DNA from: a virus
IMG/VR virus record: IMGVR_UViG_3300032397_000002
Location: 1,579-65,578 of that record
Strand: one strand, 5' to 3'
Length of the DNA: 64,000 nt
Positions 37,950-44,878 of the stretch are shown in pieces. Position 1 is the first letter of the stretch; each line of letters opens with the position of its first letter. Made by a program: the position numbers and the translations under genes. The notes under the pieces are model-generated. The model was not told the DNA's origin and made no database searches. It worked only from the letters and a program-made list of their open reading frames with translations.

Positions 37950-40118
37950 ATGGCCAAGAAACGAAACAGCATCGAAACTGAATTGAGCCCACTGGCGAAG
38001 TCTCTCATTGAGAGCATCGTTGGTCCACGGCCAGCAGCCGCCTCGAAGGCCGGTGGCAAGATTTCCATGCACCTGACGGACCCCTTCGGCACCTCGCCCT
38101 TGACCAAGGAGCAGGTCGACGCTGAGGACAAGCGCATGGCGGGCATGAGCCCCCTTGTGAAGTCCGTGATGAATCTCCTGAACGGACCTGGTGACACCAT
38201 CGAGCGCCTGGCGTTCGACACAGACCCGGCACTCAACAACACCTACCAGGCCCTCTACAAGACCAAGCTTCGTCTCTTGCCAGACGAGGTTCTGAAGCGC
38301 ATCGGCATCCAGGACGACCTTGTCGCTGCCATCTGCAATGCCCGCTCCAACCAGCTCAGCAGCTTCGGACGACCACAGCCAGACCGCTTCAGCACCGGCT
38401 TCAAGATTGAGCCAGAGCCAGGTCTGCTTGAGAAGCTCGACGACAAGGCCAAGAAGGACCTTCAGGACCGTATCAGCAAGGCTGAGCTGAAGATTCTCAG
38501 CTGTGGCGAGACCAAGGGCTGGAAGGACACCGAAGCTCTCAGTTTTGGTCAGTTCATGTACATGTGCACCCGCAATGCCTGCCTCTTTGGCCGGATCGCG
38601 GTTGAGGCCATCAACGTGGATGGCATGGACGGCAAGAAGCGCTTTCACAGCTTTCGACCCATCGATGCTGGCACCATCTACCGCGCAGCTCCACAGAAGG
38701 AAGCTGGCGACGCGGTGCGGAAGCAGGCCAGGAAGCTCCTGGAACAAATCAAGAACAAGGACCTGGAGCCCGAGCGCTTCCAGGACGACGAATACGCCTG
38801 GGTGCAGGTCATCAGCGGTCGCCCCGTGCAGGCCTTCACGGCTGAAGAGTGCCTGGTCCACAACTTCTACCCCGTGACCGACGTGGAGTTGGACGGGTAC
38901 CCCCTGACGCCTCTCGATACCATCATCACGGCAGTCACCACGCACATCAACATCGGGAACCACAACAAGCTCTACTTCCAATCTGGTCGAGCTGCCCGTG
39001 GCATGATTGTCATCAAGTCGGACGACGCTGATGATGGTGTCATCAAGCACATCCGCCAGCAGTTCCAGGCCTCCATCAACAGTGTGGGCAATGCCTGGCG
39101 CATGCCTATCTTCGGTGTCGGCACGGACGACGACATCGGCTGGTACCCCATCGACAACAGCAGCCGCGACATGGAGTTCCAGTACCTGAGCGACACCAAT
39201 GCACGTGTCATTCTCTCCGGTTTCCAGATGAGCCCGGAAGAGCTGCCCGGATACGCCCACCTGTCGCGTGGTACCAACAACCAGGCCCTCAGCGAGTCGA
39301 ACAACGAGTACAAACTCGAAGCTCACCGAGATGTCGGCATTCGACCCCTTCTGGCCCAGTTCCAGAACTTCGTCAACTCGAAGATTCTGCCCCTCATCGA
39401 TGAGGAGCTTTCCAAGACCTGCAGCCTCAAATTCGTGGGCTTGGACGTGGAAACGGCAGAGAAGGAATCGACCCGCCTCCAGCAGGACATGGCAGTCCAC
39501 ATGTCCATGGACGAAGTCCTCGACAAGGTCGAGAAGAAGCCTGTTGGCAAGGAGTGGGGCGGTCAGTTCCTCCTCAACCCCCAGTGGCAGGCTGTGCTCG
39601 ACAAGTACGTGCCCCAGGGCGCCATCATGGAGCATTTCTTCGGTATGAAGGGTGCCTCCAAGGACCCCCGCTACGACTTCCTCAACAACCCGAACTACTT
39701 CACCCAGATGCAGCTCCTCCAGGCCGAGCAACAGGCTCAGCAGGCAGCACAACAGCCACAACCTCCCCCAGGGGGCGGTGGTGATTCTGGTGGTGGGCAG
39801 CCAGGCGGAGACCAGGGTGACCAGCAGGACCAGGGTGGGGACCAACAGCAACAGCCAGACCAGCAGGGTGGGGACCAGCCCCAAGAAGCAACCCCAGACC
39901 AGGCACCCCAGGACTTGACGCGCAGCCTTGACCAACTCAGCGGTCTCCTCAGCAAGTCTGAGGCCCAGATGCCCACCAGCCGACGCCGGCTTCTGGCTCA
40001 GCAGCGTATGTTCGTCAAGAAGGCCCTCCAGGCTTTCGAGGCGGAGAGCCGAGAGGCCATGAAGGAGATTCTCGACGTCGCCGAGAAGCATCAGCCCCCG
40101 GCCAAGAAGAAGGGGTAA
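37950..40118 (+). CDS. Portal protein with Gln/Gly/Pro-rich C-terminal extension
   Basis: FRPID..TI, GYPLTPL, NAWRMP, RDMEFQ, G.RPLL; position after TerL. Confidence 0.88.
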   Translation: MAKKRNSIETELSPLAKSLIESIVGPRPAAASKAGGKISMHLTDPFGTSPLTKEQVDAEDKRMAGMSPLVKSVMNLLNGPGDTIERLAFDTDPALNNTYQALYKTKLRLLPDEVLKRIGIQDDLVAAICNARSNQLSSFGRPQPDRFSTGFKIEPEPGLLEKLDDKAKKDLQDRISKAELKILSCGETKGWKDTEALSFGQFMYMCTRNACLFGRIAVEAINVDGMDGKKRFHSFRPIDAGTIYRAAPQKEAGDAVRKQARKLLEQIKNKDLEPERFQDDEYAWVQVISGRPVQAFTAEECLVHNFYPVTDVELDGYPLTPLDTIITAVTTHINIGNHNKLYFQSGRAARGMIVIKSDDADDGVIKHIRQQFQASINSVGNAWRMPIFGVGTDDDIGWYPIDNSSRDMEFQYLSDTNARVILSGFQMSPEELPGYAHLSRGTNNQALSESNNEYKLEAHRDVGIRPLLAQFQNFVNSKILPLIDEELSKTCSLKFVGLDVETAEKESTRLQQDMAVHMSMDEVLDKVEKKPVGKEWGGQFLLNPQWQAVLDKYVPQGAIMEHFFGMKGASKDPRYDFLNNPNYFTQMQLLQAEQQAQQAAQQPQPPPGGGGDSGGGQPGGDQGDQQDQGGDQQQQPDQQGGDQPQEATPDQAPQDLTRSLDQLSGLLSKSEAQMPTSRRRLLAQQRMFVKKALQAFEAESREAMKEILDVAEKHQPPAKKKG

Positions 40119-40121
40119 CCC

Positions 40122-40886
40122 ATGAAGCCACGTCTGGGGCCTGCGGCCGTCAAGCTGATAGAGGGCGCGGTCGAGAAGCTCTTCGAGAAGATTCGCAACC
40201 ACACCCTTGGGGACAAGCACCCCACTGGCAAGCGCCTCTACATCGCCTACCGCCCCGACCTGACCCTCAAGGGCATCTTCGACCTGGCTGCAGCCGAGGA
40301 AGGTGTGCGTCCAGACCAAGACGTCCTCAAGACGCTCTTGAAGATTTCCAACTCCTACATCGATGCCACCAAGGAACGTGCCAAGGCTAAAGTGGTTCAG
40401 TCGGTCCAGGCGTTCCTCCAGGAGGCCGGCAACAAGGGTGTCAAGACCAACATCGAAACGGTGCTCGGCGGGAAGCTCTATGAAGTCATGGGTGACGCCA
40501 CCAGAGACCTCAAGCGCATCTTCGAGACCGAGTCAACGGTGGTCCGCAACACCAGCATCATGGACGGCATCGTACGCAGCAATGCGGCTGCAGGTATCGA
40601 TGACCCCACCGTCTTCTTTGTCACGGTACGCGATGATGTCCGGTGTCCAGAATGCACCAGGTTGCACATGTTGGAAGACCGCATCACTCCCAGGTGTTGG
40701 AAGCTCAGTGAGCTGGGCTCGGGATACCACAAGAGGGGCGATCCAACCCCGAAGGTGGGCGGTCTACATCCACACTGCCGCTGTGTTCTGACGACCTTGA
40801 TGCCGGGTTACGGTTTCAATGCCGCCGGCCGTGTCCAGTACAAGAGCCCGAAGTATGACGAACTCGCTACCCAGCGAGGAGTGTAA
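40122..40886 (+). CDS. Mu gpF-like head morphogenesis protein
   Basis: DDVRCPEC...HPHCRC. Confidence 0.8.
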   Translation: MKPRLGPAAVKLIEGAVEKLFEKIRNHTLGDKHPTGKRLYIAYRPDLTLKGIFDLAAAEEGVRPDQDVLKTLLKISNSYIDATKERAKAKVVQSVQAFLQEAGNKGVKTNIETVLGGKLYEVMGDATRDLKRIFETESTVVRNTSIMDGIVRSNAAAGIDDPTVFFVTVRDDVRCPECTRLHMLEDRITPRCWKLSELGSGYHKRGDPTPKVGGLHPHCRCVLTTLMPGYGFNAAGRVQYKSPKYDELATQRGV

Positions 40887-41103
40887 AGAGCGGCTCATCG
40901 TCGGTGATGGGCTCTGATGACTCCATCTCAATCAGCGACCCCATCACGGTCGGAATGTTGTCCACGATGGCCGATGAGCGCTCGATGATTTGCCGGTAGC
41001 GCCGAAGGATTCGAATCTCATCGATGAGGGCCTGATTCTGCACACGCAGGCCCTTGTTCTCCAGCTTCAACACTTCGATGTCGTCCATGCCGTTGTTATC
41101 CAT
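40867..41103 (-). CDS. Hypothetical protein
   Basis: AGGAG SD before MDNNG. Confidence 0.55.
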   Translation of the reverse strand: MDNNGMDDIEVLKLENKGLRVQNQALIDEIRILRRYRQIIERSSAIVDNIPTVMGSLIEMESSEPITDDEPLFTLLAG

Positions 41104-41299
41104 TGTCTTTCTCCTTGAACTTCGTGTCGAATTCAGTCTCTTCGCGAACGTACCAGGGGTTGTGGCCCGGGTTCTTGGTGTAGGGGGTGTAGAGCACCAT
41201 CTGCTCTCCATCCTGGGCATTCGTAGCATTGATGACGCCGCGATGCAAGACCAGATACTCGTTTCCTGTCTTGAGGTGGATGAAGACCTTTGGTATCAT
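41096..41299 (-). CDS. DUF1653-like protein
   Basis: HLKTGNEY.V...AT...MVLY...WYVR...EF. Confidence 0.7.
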   Translation of the reverse strand: MIPKVFIHLKTGNEYLVLHRGVINATNAQDGEQMVLYTPYTKNPGHNPWYVREETEFDTKFKEKDNG

Positions 41300-41667
41300 T
41301 GCTGAGTCTCCTCGGCACAGTCGTCGCAGACCCAGTCGTTCCCGTTCCAGAACAGGCCGTGGGTTTCAGTCCGCAGAGCTGGGACCACGTCACACCGCTC
41401 GCACTTGTCGGGAGGGTTGGCCATCCGCACGCGGATCTCGTCCATGATTTTCTCGATGTCGACAGCCAACTTCTTCTCTTTCTTGCAGAGGTCACATGGC
41501 TGTTTCGAGAAATCGAGTCCGTGCTTGCTGGCAGGACAGAGACCATTCCATACGCCCTCCAGGTCTTCTTGGGTGGGCTTCCTCAACGCAGCCTTGGCTG
41601 CCCGGCTGTCCATCTTCCGGCCCTTCGAACCCCATTCCTTGCTCAGCTTCTTGTAGTCGTCTTTCAT
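41296..41667 (-). CDS. Hypothetical Cys-rich protein
   Basis: CxxC pairs; coupled ORF. Confidence 0.6.
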   Translation of the reverse strand: MKDDYKKLSKEWGSKGRKMDSRAAKAALRKPTQEDLEGVWNGLCPASKHGLDFSKQPCDLCKKEKKLAVDIEKIMDEIRVRMANPPDKCERCDVVPALRTETHGLFWNGNDWVCDDCAEETQQ

Positions 41668-41849
41668 GGCCGCCCCTTGGGTGCCCAGAGGATGTTGCGA
41701 AACCGCTCAAGCACGAGAGTTCTCTCAGAGGGGTATCTGGCCGCCAGCACCCGTTCGGCGTGAATTCGGCGCATGTTCTTTGACCTTCCGTTCTTGCCAG
41801 CCTGCACGTAGGTGACCAGGCCGGTCGTTCCGAGGTCGTTCAGGTTCAC
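41664..41849 (-). CDS. Hypothetical protein
   Basis: GTGA-coupled with GGAGG SD. Confidence 0.45.
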   Translation of the reverse strand: MNLNDLGTTGLVTYVQAGKNGRSKNMRRIHAERVLAARYPSERTLVLERFRNILWAPKGRP

Positions 41850-42187
41850 GGCCGGGCCTCCGCACGCATCGAACGCCACTTGGTGCTGAACAAGAAGGCC
41901 TTGTCGGCGGTGGGAGGCACCATGTCGACCAAGTTCTGGGGGCAGTCGAAGTAGTACGGGCACTCCGACTCAGCCATGCCCTTGACGTAGTAGCGACCGT
42001 TCTCCTTCTGAATCAGGTCGAAGAAGATGGCCCGCAGGCCGGTGGAGGGGTTCTCCATGACCATCCAGAGGCCCGAGCGGGTGCTCTTGTGGGCGATGAC
42101 CACGAGGCCGTCGAAACGACCCGGGCGAAGCTGCTCCTTCACGACATCCGACTTCTTCTTCCAAGCATCGCTTCCGTCCCAGCCCAT
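41846..42187 (-). CDS. DUF6927-like protein
   Basis: MGW...YYVKGMAESECPYYFDCP. Confidence 0.65.
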   Translation of the reverse strand: MGWDGSDAWKKKSDVVKEQLRPGRFDGLVVIAHKSTRSGLWMVMENPSTGLRAIFFDLIQKENGRYYVKGMAESECPYYFDCPQNLVDMVPPTADKAFLFSTKWRSMRAEARP

Positions 42188-42217
42188 TGTGTGCTCCTTT
42201 TGGTGAACCGCCACCCA

Positions 42218-42246
42218 CTTCTATCAGACCTTCTTCGTACCGTCAA
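42218..42246 (-). promoter_or_regulatory. Early sigma70-type promoter
   Basis: TTGACG-N17-TAGAAG. Confidence 0.6.
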
Positions 42247-42343
42247 GGGCCTCGCAGAATGGTGGGTGTAGCTGCCCTCTTTATGGGAGTTTGGGTTCGT
42301 CAACCCAAGCAACTATCCACCACCCTGCGAGGCCCTTGATGGT

Positions 42344-42553
42344 TCAGTCAGCCATCATTGCACGCTTCTCAGCAGCCCGGCCGTCGTCATCCGCCCCGCC
42401 GCCCATGAAGTCCTCGTCACCGCAGTTGGGGCAGCAAGTCACGTCCGTCTCAGCGTACTCCTCGCCGGTCTCATCCCAGCGGCGGGTGAACTCGACTTCG
42501 ACATCCTCGGAGCACTCGTAGCAGGTGACGAATTCGGAGTAGGTAGGGTTCAT
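42344..42553 (-). CDS. Small acidic Zn-ribbon protein
   Basis: CYEC...CPNCG. Confidence 0.65.
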   Translation of the reverse strand: MNPTYSEFVTCYECSEDVEVEFTRRWDETGEEYAETDVTCCPNCGDEDFMGGGADDDGRAAEKRAMMAD

Positions 42554-42560
42554 GGATGTC

Positions 42561-42589
42561 TTTCTACACGGTAGAAGTCGGGGTGTCAA
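42561..42589 (-). promoter_or_regulatory. Early sigma70-type promoter
   Basis: TTGACA-N17-TAGAAA, 7 nt before ATG. Confidence 0.7.
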
Positions 42590-42794
42590 GCACCAAAGTG
42601 AGGTGCTCCACCTGGCACACGGCCTTCCCGAAAGTGCCGTTGGCTCGGGCGAACGACACATCCGCCACCAGCACCCTGCGATTGCCGAAGGTGTAGCGCT
42701 TCGTCGAGTACCGAATCCGTCGGACCTTGCCAGCCCACTGGCCGAACATCCCACGGTGGAACATCACCTTGTCGCCGACTTTGATGGTGGTCAT
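42564..42794 (-). CDS. Small SH3/KOW-like hypothetical protein
   Basis: IKVGDKV...GKV. Confidence 0.6.
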   Translation of the reverse strand: MTTIKVGDKVMFHRGMFGQWAGKVRRIRYSTKRYTFGNRRVLVADVSFARANGTFGKAVCQVEHLTLVLDTPTSTV

Positions 42795-42801
42795 GGGCAG
42801 C

Positions 42802-42830
42802 GTTCTACACGAGCCTGGACCGTGTGTCAA
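42802..42830 (-). promoter_or_regulatory. Early sigma70-type promoter
   Basis: TTGACA-N17-TAGAAC, 7 nt before ATG. Confidence 0.7.
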
Positions 42831-43059
42831 AGGGAAAGTACGTGCTCAGCTCCAAACGTGCCCCCAGCGCAATCTAAGCAACTACGCCGTTGTCTACAAC
42901 CACACGCCCTGCCTCGCTTCGCTGTCTTCGGCTGGGTGCGTACCCACCCACCTGTGAGCAGACCATCTTGCTCGGCCCAGGACGCCCCTTTATTCCGGGA
43001 AGCACCCCGGTTCTCATCGTGACGGTTGGTCCGCACTATCCCCTGCCAAGGGGAACGTG

Positions 43060-43136
43060 CGGGGCAGGTGGGACTCGAACCCACGTCTTCCGGCAACTGC
43101 GAACCGCCGGCGCTCTTCCTCTTGAGCTACCACCCC
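43060..43136 (-). tRNA. tRNA-like RNA with non-canonical anticodon arm (central triplet CGC, identity undetermined)
   Basis: GGGGTGG/CTGCCCC acceptor, GCTC/GAGC D stem, CCGGC-11 nt-GCCGG, GTGGG-TTCGAGT-CCCAC. Confidence 0.75.
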
Positions 43137-43140
43137 TTGC

Positions 43141-43422
43141 TCACTCTTGTCTGAGCCACCAGAATCGGTCTTTTGCCTCCTGTTCCTGCTTCGCGGCCCT
43201 GTCCAGGACGTCAGCCCCATCGCAAGAGAGGCAGACCAGGAAGTTTCCATTGTTGGACGGGCTGTCTTTGAAGTTGGCAAAGACCCATCGCCACACATCC
43301 CCGACCCTGAAGCGCCAGCCGCACAGCCGGCATCTGAAACAGGAGCCGTCTCGTTTCCCACACCAAGGCGCACGGATTTCCTTCTCCGTCGCTTCCCTTT
43401 GCTTTCCGTCGGTGAAACTCAC
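43141..43422 (-). CDS. Hypothetical Zn-finger protein
   Basis: CRLC...CLSCD. Confidence 0.6.
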   Translation of the reverse strand: MSFTDGKQREATEKEIRAPWCGKRDGSCFRCRLCGWRFRVGDVWRWVFANFKDSPSNNGNFLVCLSCDGADVLDRAAKQEQEAKDRFWWLRQE

Positions 43423-43688
43423 AACGTCTCCGGCATCAGGCTGTGCCAGATCTGTGCCACTTCCCCCAGCACCTTCTCCAGGGCCTCAATCCGCGCCTCA
43501 GCTTCTCGCCGGGCCTGGGGGCCGACATCAGGGCCCTTGATGTAGTAGTCGCGGTCGTGAGGGAAAGACTCGCGGAGAGCTACGATGGCCGTCTGGACTG
43601 CCATGTAGGCGTTGTGGTGCTGCTCGAAGAGCTGCTTGCGGCCCGTACCGTTCATGTAGACCGAGGGGAGAACGATTTTGGTCTTCAC
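43419..43688 (-). CDS. Hypothetical early protein
   Basis: MNGT...PHDRDYY; coupled ORF. Confidence 0.65.
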   Translation of the reverse strand: MKTKIVLPSVYMNGTGRKQLFEQHHNAYMAVQTAIVALRESFPHDRDYYIKGPDVGPQARREAEARIEALEKVLGEVAQIWHSLMPETL

Positions 43689-43975
43689 TTGTTCACCATC
43701 CCGTAGACCACCTCGGAGAGGTTGTCGCAGTACACGTCAGAGGCCTCTTCGACGACCGTGAAGCCCATGGTCTTGCGGCTCACCTTGATGTGGCGCACGG
43801 TGTAGGTGTCGCTGGGGTCCAGGGTGACGGTGATGCGGTGGCTGTTCCCGTTGAGGACCACGAAGCTCAGCTCGTTGCCGTCGCCCAGGGGGCTGCGGGC
43901 ACCACAGGCCATCTTCGTGCCCACGGAGATTTGCGACCAGATGACATCGGCGACTGAGGGGTTGGTTGGGTTCAT
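43685..43975 (-). CDS. Hypothetical early protein
   Basis: ITVTLDPSDTYTV...DVYCDNL; directly after a promoter. Confidence 0.7.
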   Translation of the reverse strand: MNPTNPSVADVIWSQISVGTKMACGARSPLGDGNELSFVVLNGNSHRITVTLDPSDTYTVRHIKVSRKTMGFTVVEEASDVYCDNLSEVVYGMVNK

Positions 43976-43981
43976 GGAGGT

Positions 43982-44010
43982 GTTCTACATGAGCAGAAGC
44001 CGGCTGTCAA
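43982..44010 (-). promoter_or_regulatory. Early sigma70-type promoter
   Basis: TTGACA-N17-TAGAAC, 6 nt before ATG. Confidence 0.7.
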
Positions 44011-44231
44011 GCCTTCTTCGACATACGAAGAAGAATTTCTGTACGCAACATGCTCCATCGAGTGGCGAGGTACACCACGTCGTTCTTTGCGAGATTGTTC
44101 TTGCGGTCGTACGTGGCACCGTCGTAGGCCCTGAGGAGGTTCTCATTGTCGTACAGCTCGTTCTCACCAGCCCGGCCGGCTTCCAGTTCAGAGTTCAGGT
44201 TCATCATCATGAAGTCAAGCTTGGTCATCAC
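44007..44231 (-). CDS. Hypothetical early protein
   Basis: GAGGAG SD. Confidence 0.55.
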   Translation of the reverse strand: MMTKLDFMMMNLNSELEAGRAGENELYDNENLLRAYDGATYDRKNNLAKNDVVYLATRWSMLRTEILLRMSKKA

Positions 44232-44467
44232 GTCTCCTCGGGGTACAGAACGGTGTATTCCAACATGTCAGCGCCCAGCCGGAAGCCTGGCAGGTCGCAG
44301 TAGCGGCTGAAGTGGGTCTCATCGGCACAGCTGACGATGTTGCCCGGCGCGACGTAGTCGTGGGCAGCTTGGACCCAGGGGAGGTCCTCGTCGGAGAGAC
44401 CACTGACGTCTCCGTTGATGAGGGCGGAGGCAAGGAAGGCAGGGAAGGTGACGGTTTCGACTCGCAT
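44228..44467 (-). CDS. Hypothetical early protein
   Basis: ASALINGD.SGL; promoter TAGACA-N17-TAGAAA at 44474-44502. Confidence 0.65.
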   Translation of the reverse strand: MRVETVTFPAFLASALINGDVSGLSDEDLPWVQAAHDYVAPGNIVSCADETHFSRYCDLPGFRLGADMLEYTVLYPEET

Positions 44468-44546
44468 GGTGTCTTTCTATCAGGTCGGTGGGCCCTTGTC
44501 TAGTGACCTAGACAGATTCCGAAGAGGTGGGCTACCCGGTCGACAA

Positions 44547-44783
44547 TCAGGACCGCGACCGGTCCAAGCCCAGCACCCCACAACAGGAGGCGTGAAAGGT
44601 GGGTTTTGAGGCTGGTCGGGCGTTTCGCTCCTGCCACTCCGAGTCCGACAGGCTCTTGTGACACTGTCGGCACAGGTCGTGTTGCTTGTCCCTCTTGTAC
44701 TTCTTCCCGTCCGTTGAAAACAGGTTCGGCCTCTTTCCGCACAGTTGACATAGTTTTCGGTCCTTTTTCTGGGAGAACTTCAT
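44547..44783 (-). CDS. Hypothetical Zn-finger protein
   Basis: CQLC...CRQC; GGAGG SD. Confidence 0.5.
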   Translation of the reverse strand: MKFSQKKDRKLCQLCGKRPNLFSTDGKKYKRDKQHDLCRQCHKSLSDSEWQERNARPASKPTFHASCCGVLGLDRSRS

Positions 44784-44878
44784 TGTGGTGAGCCTCCATG
44801 GAAGGCACCTTAACCAGAACCAGGTCCGAGAGTCAAGAGGCAATCTTCCTTGCATGGGTCACCAGGAGAACCGGTAAC

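Noticed and set aside
37410-40319. 969-aa antisense ORF (likewise 14508-17033, 998-2863, 45791-47866)
   Set aside because: Shadow ORFs opposite well-supported genes, expected from high-GC codon bias; no recognisable motifs
43060-43136. tmRNA or attachment-site remnant
   Set aside because: It has a full D arm, no G3-U70 and no tag ORF, and there is no integrase in the window
44798-44878. Longer N-terminus for the protease ORF
   Set aside because: An AGGAG SD and the candidate late promoter favour the ATG at 44879
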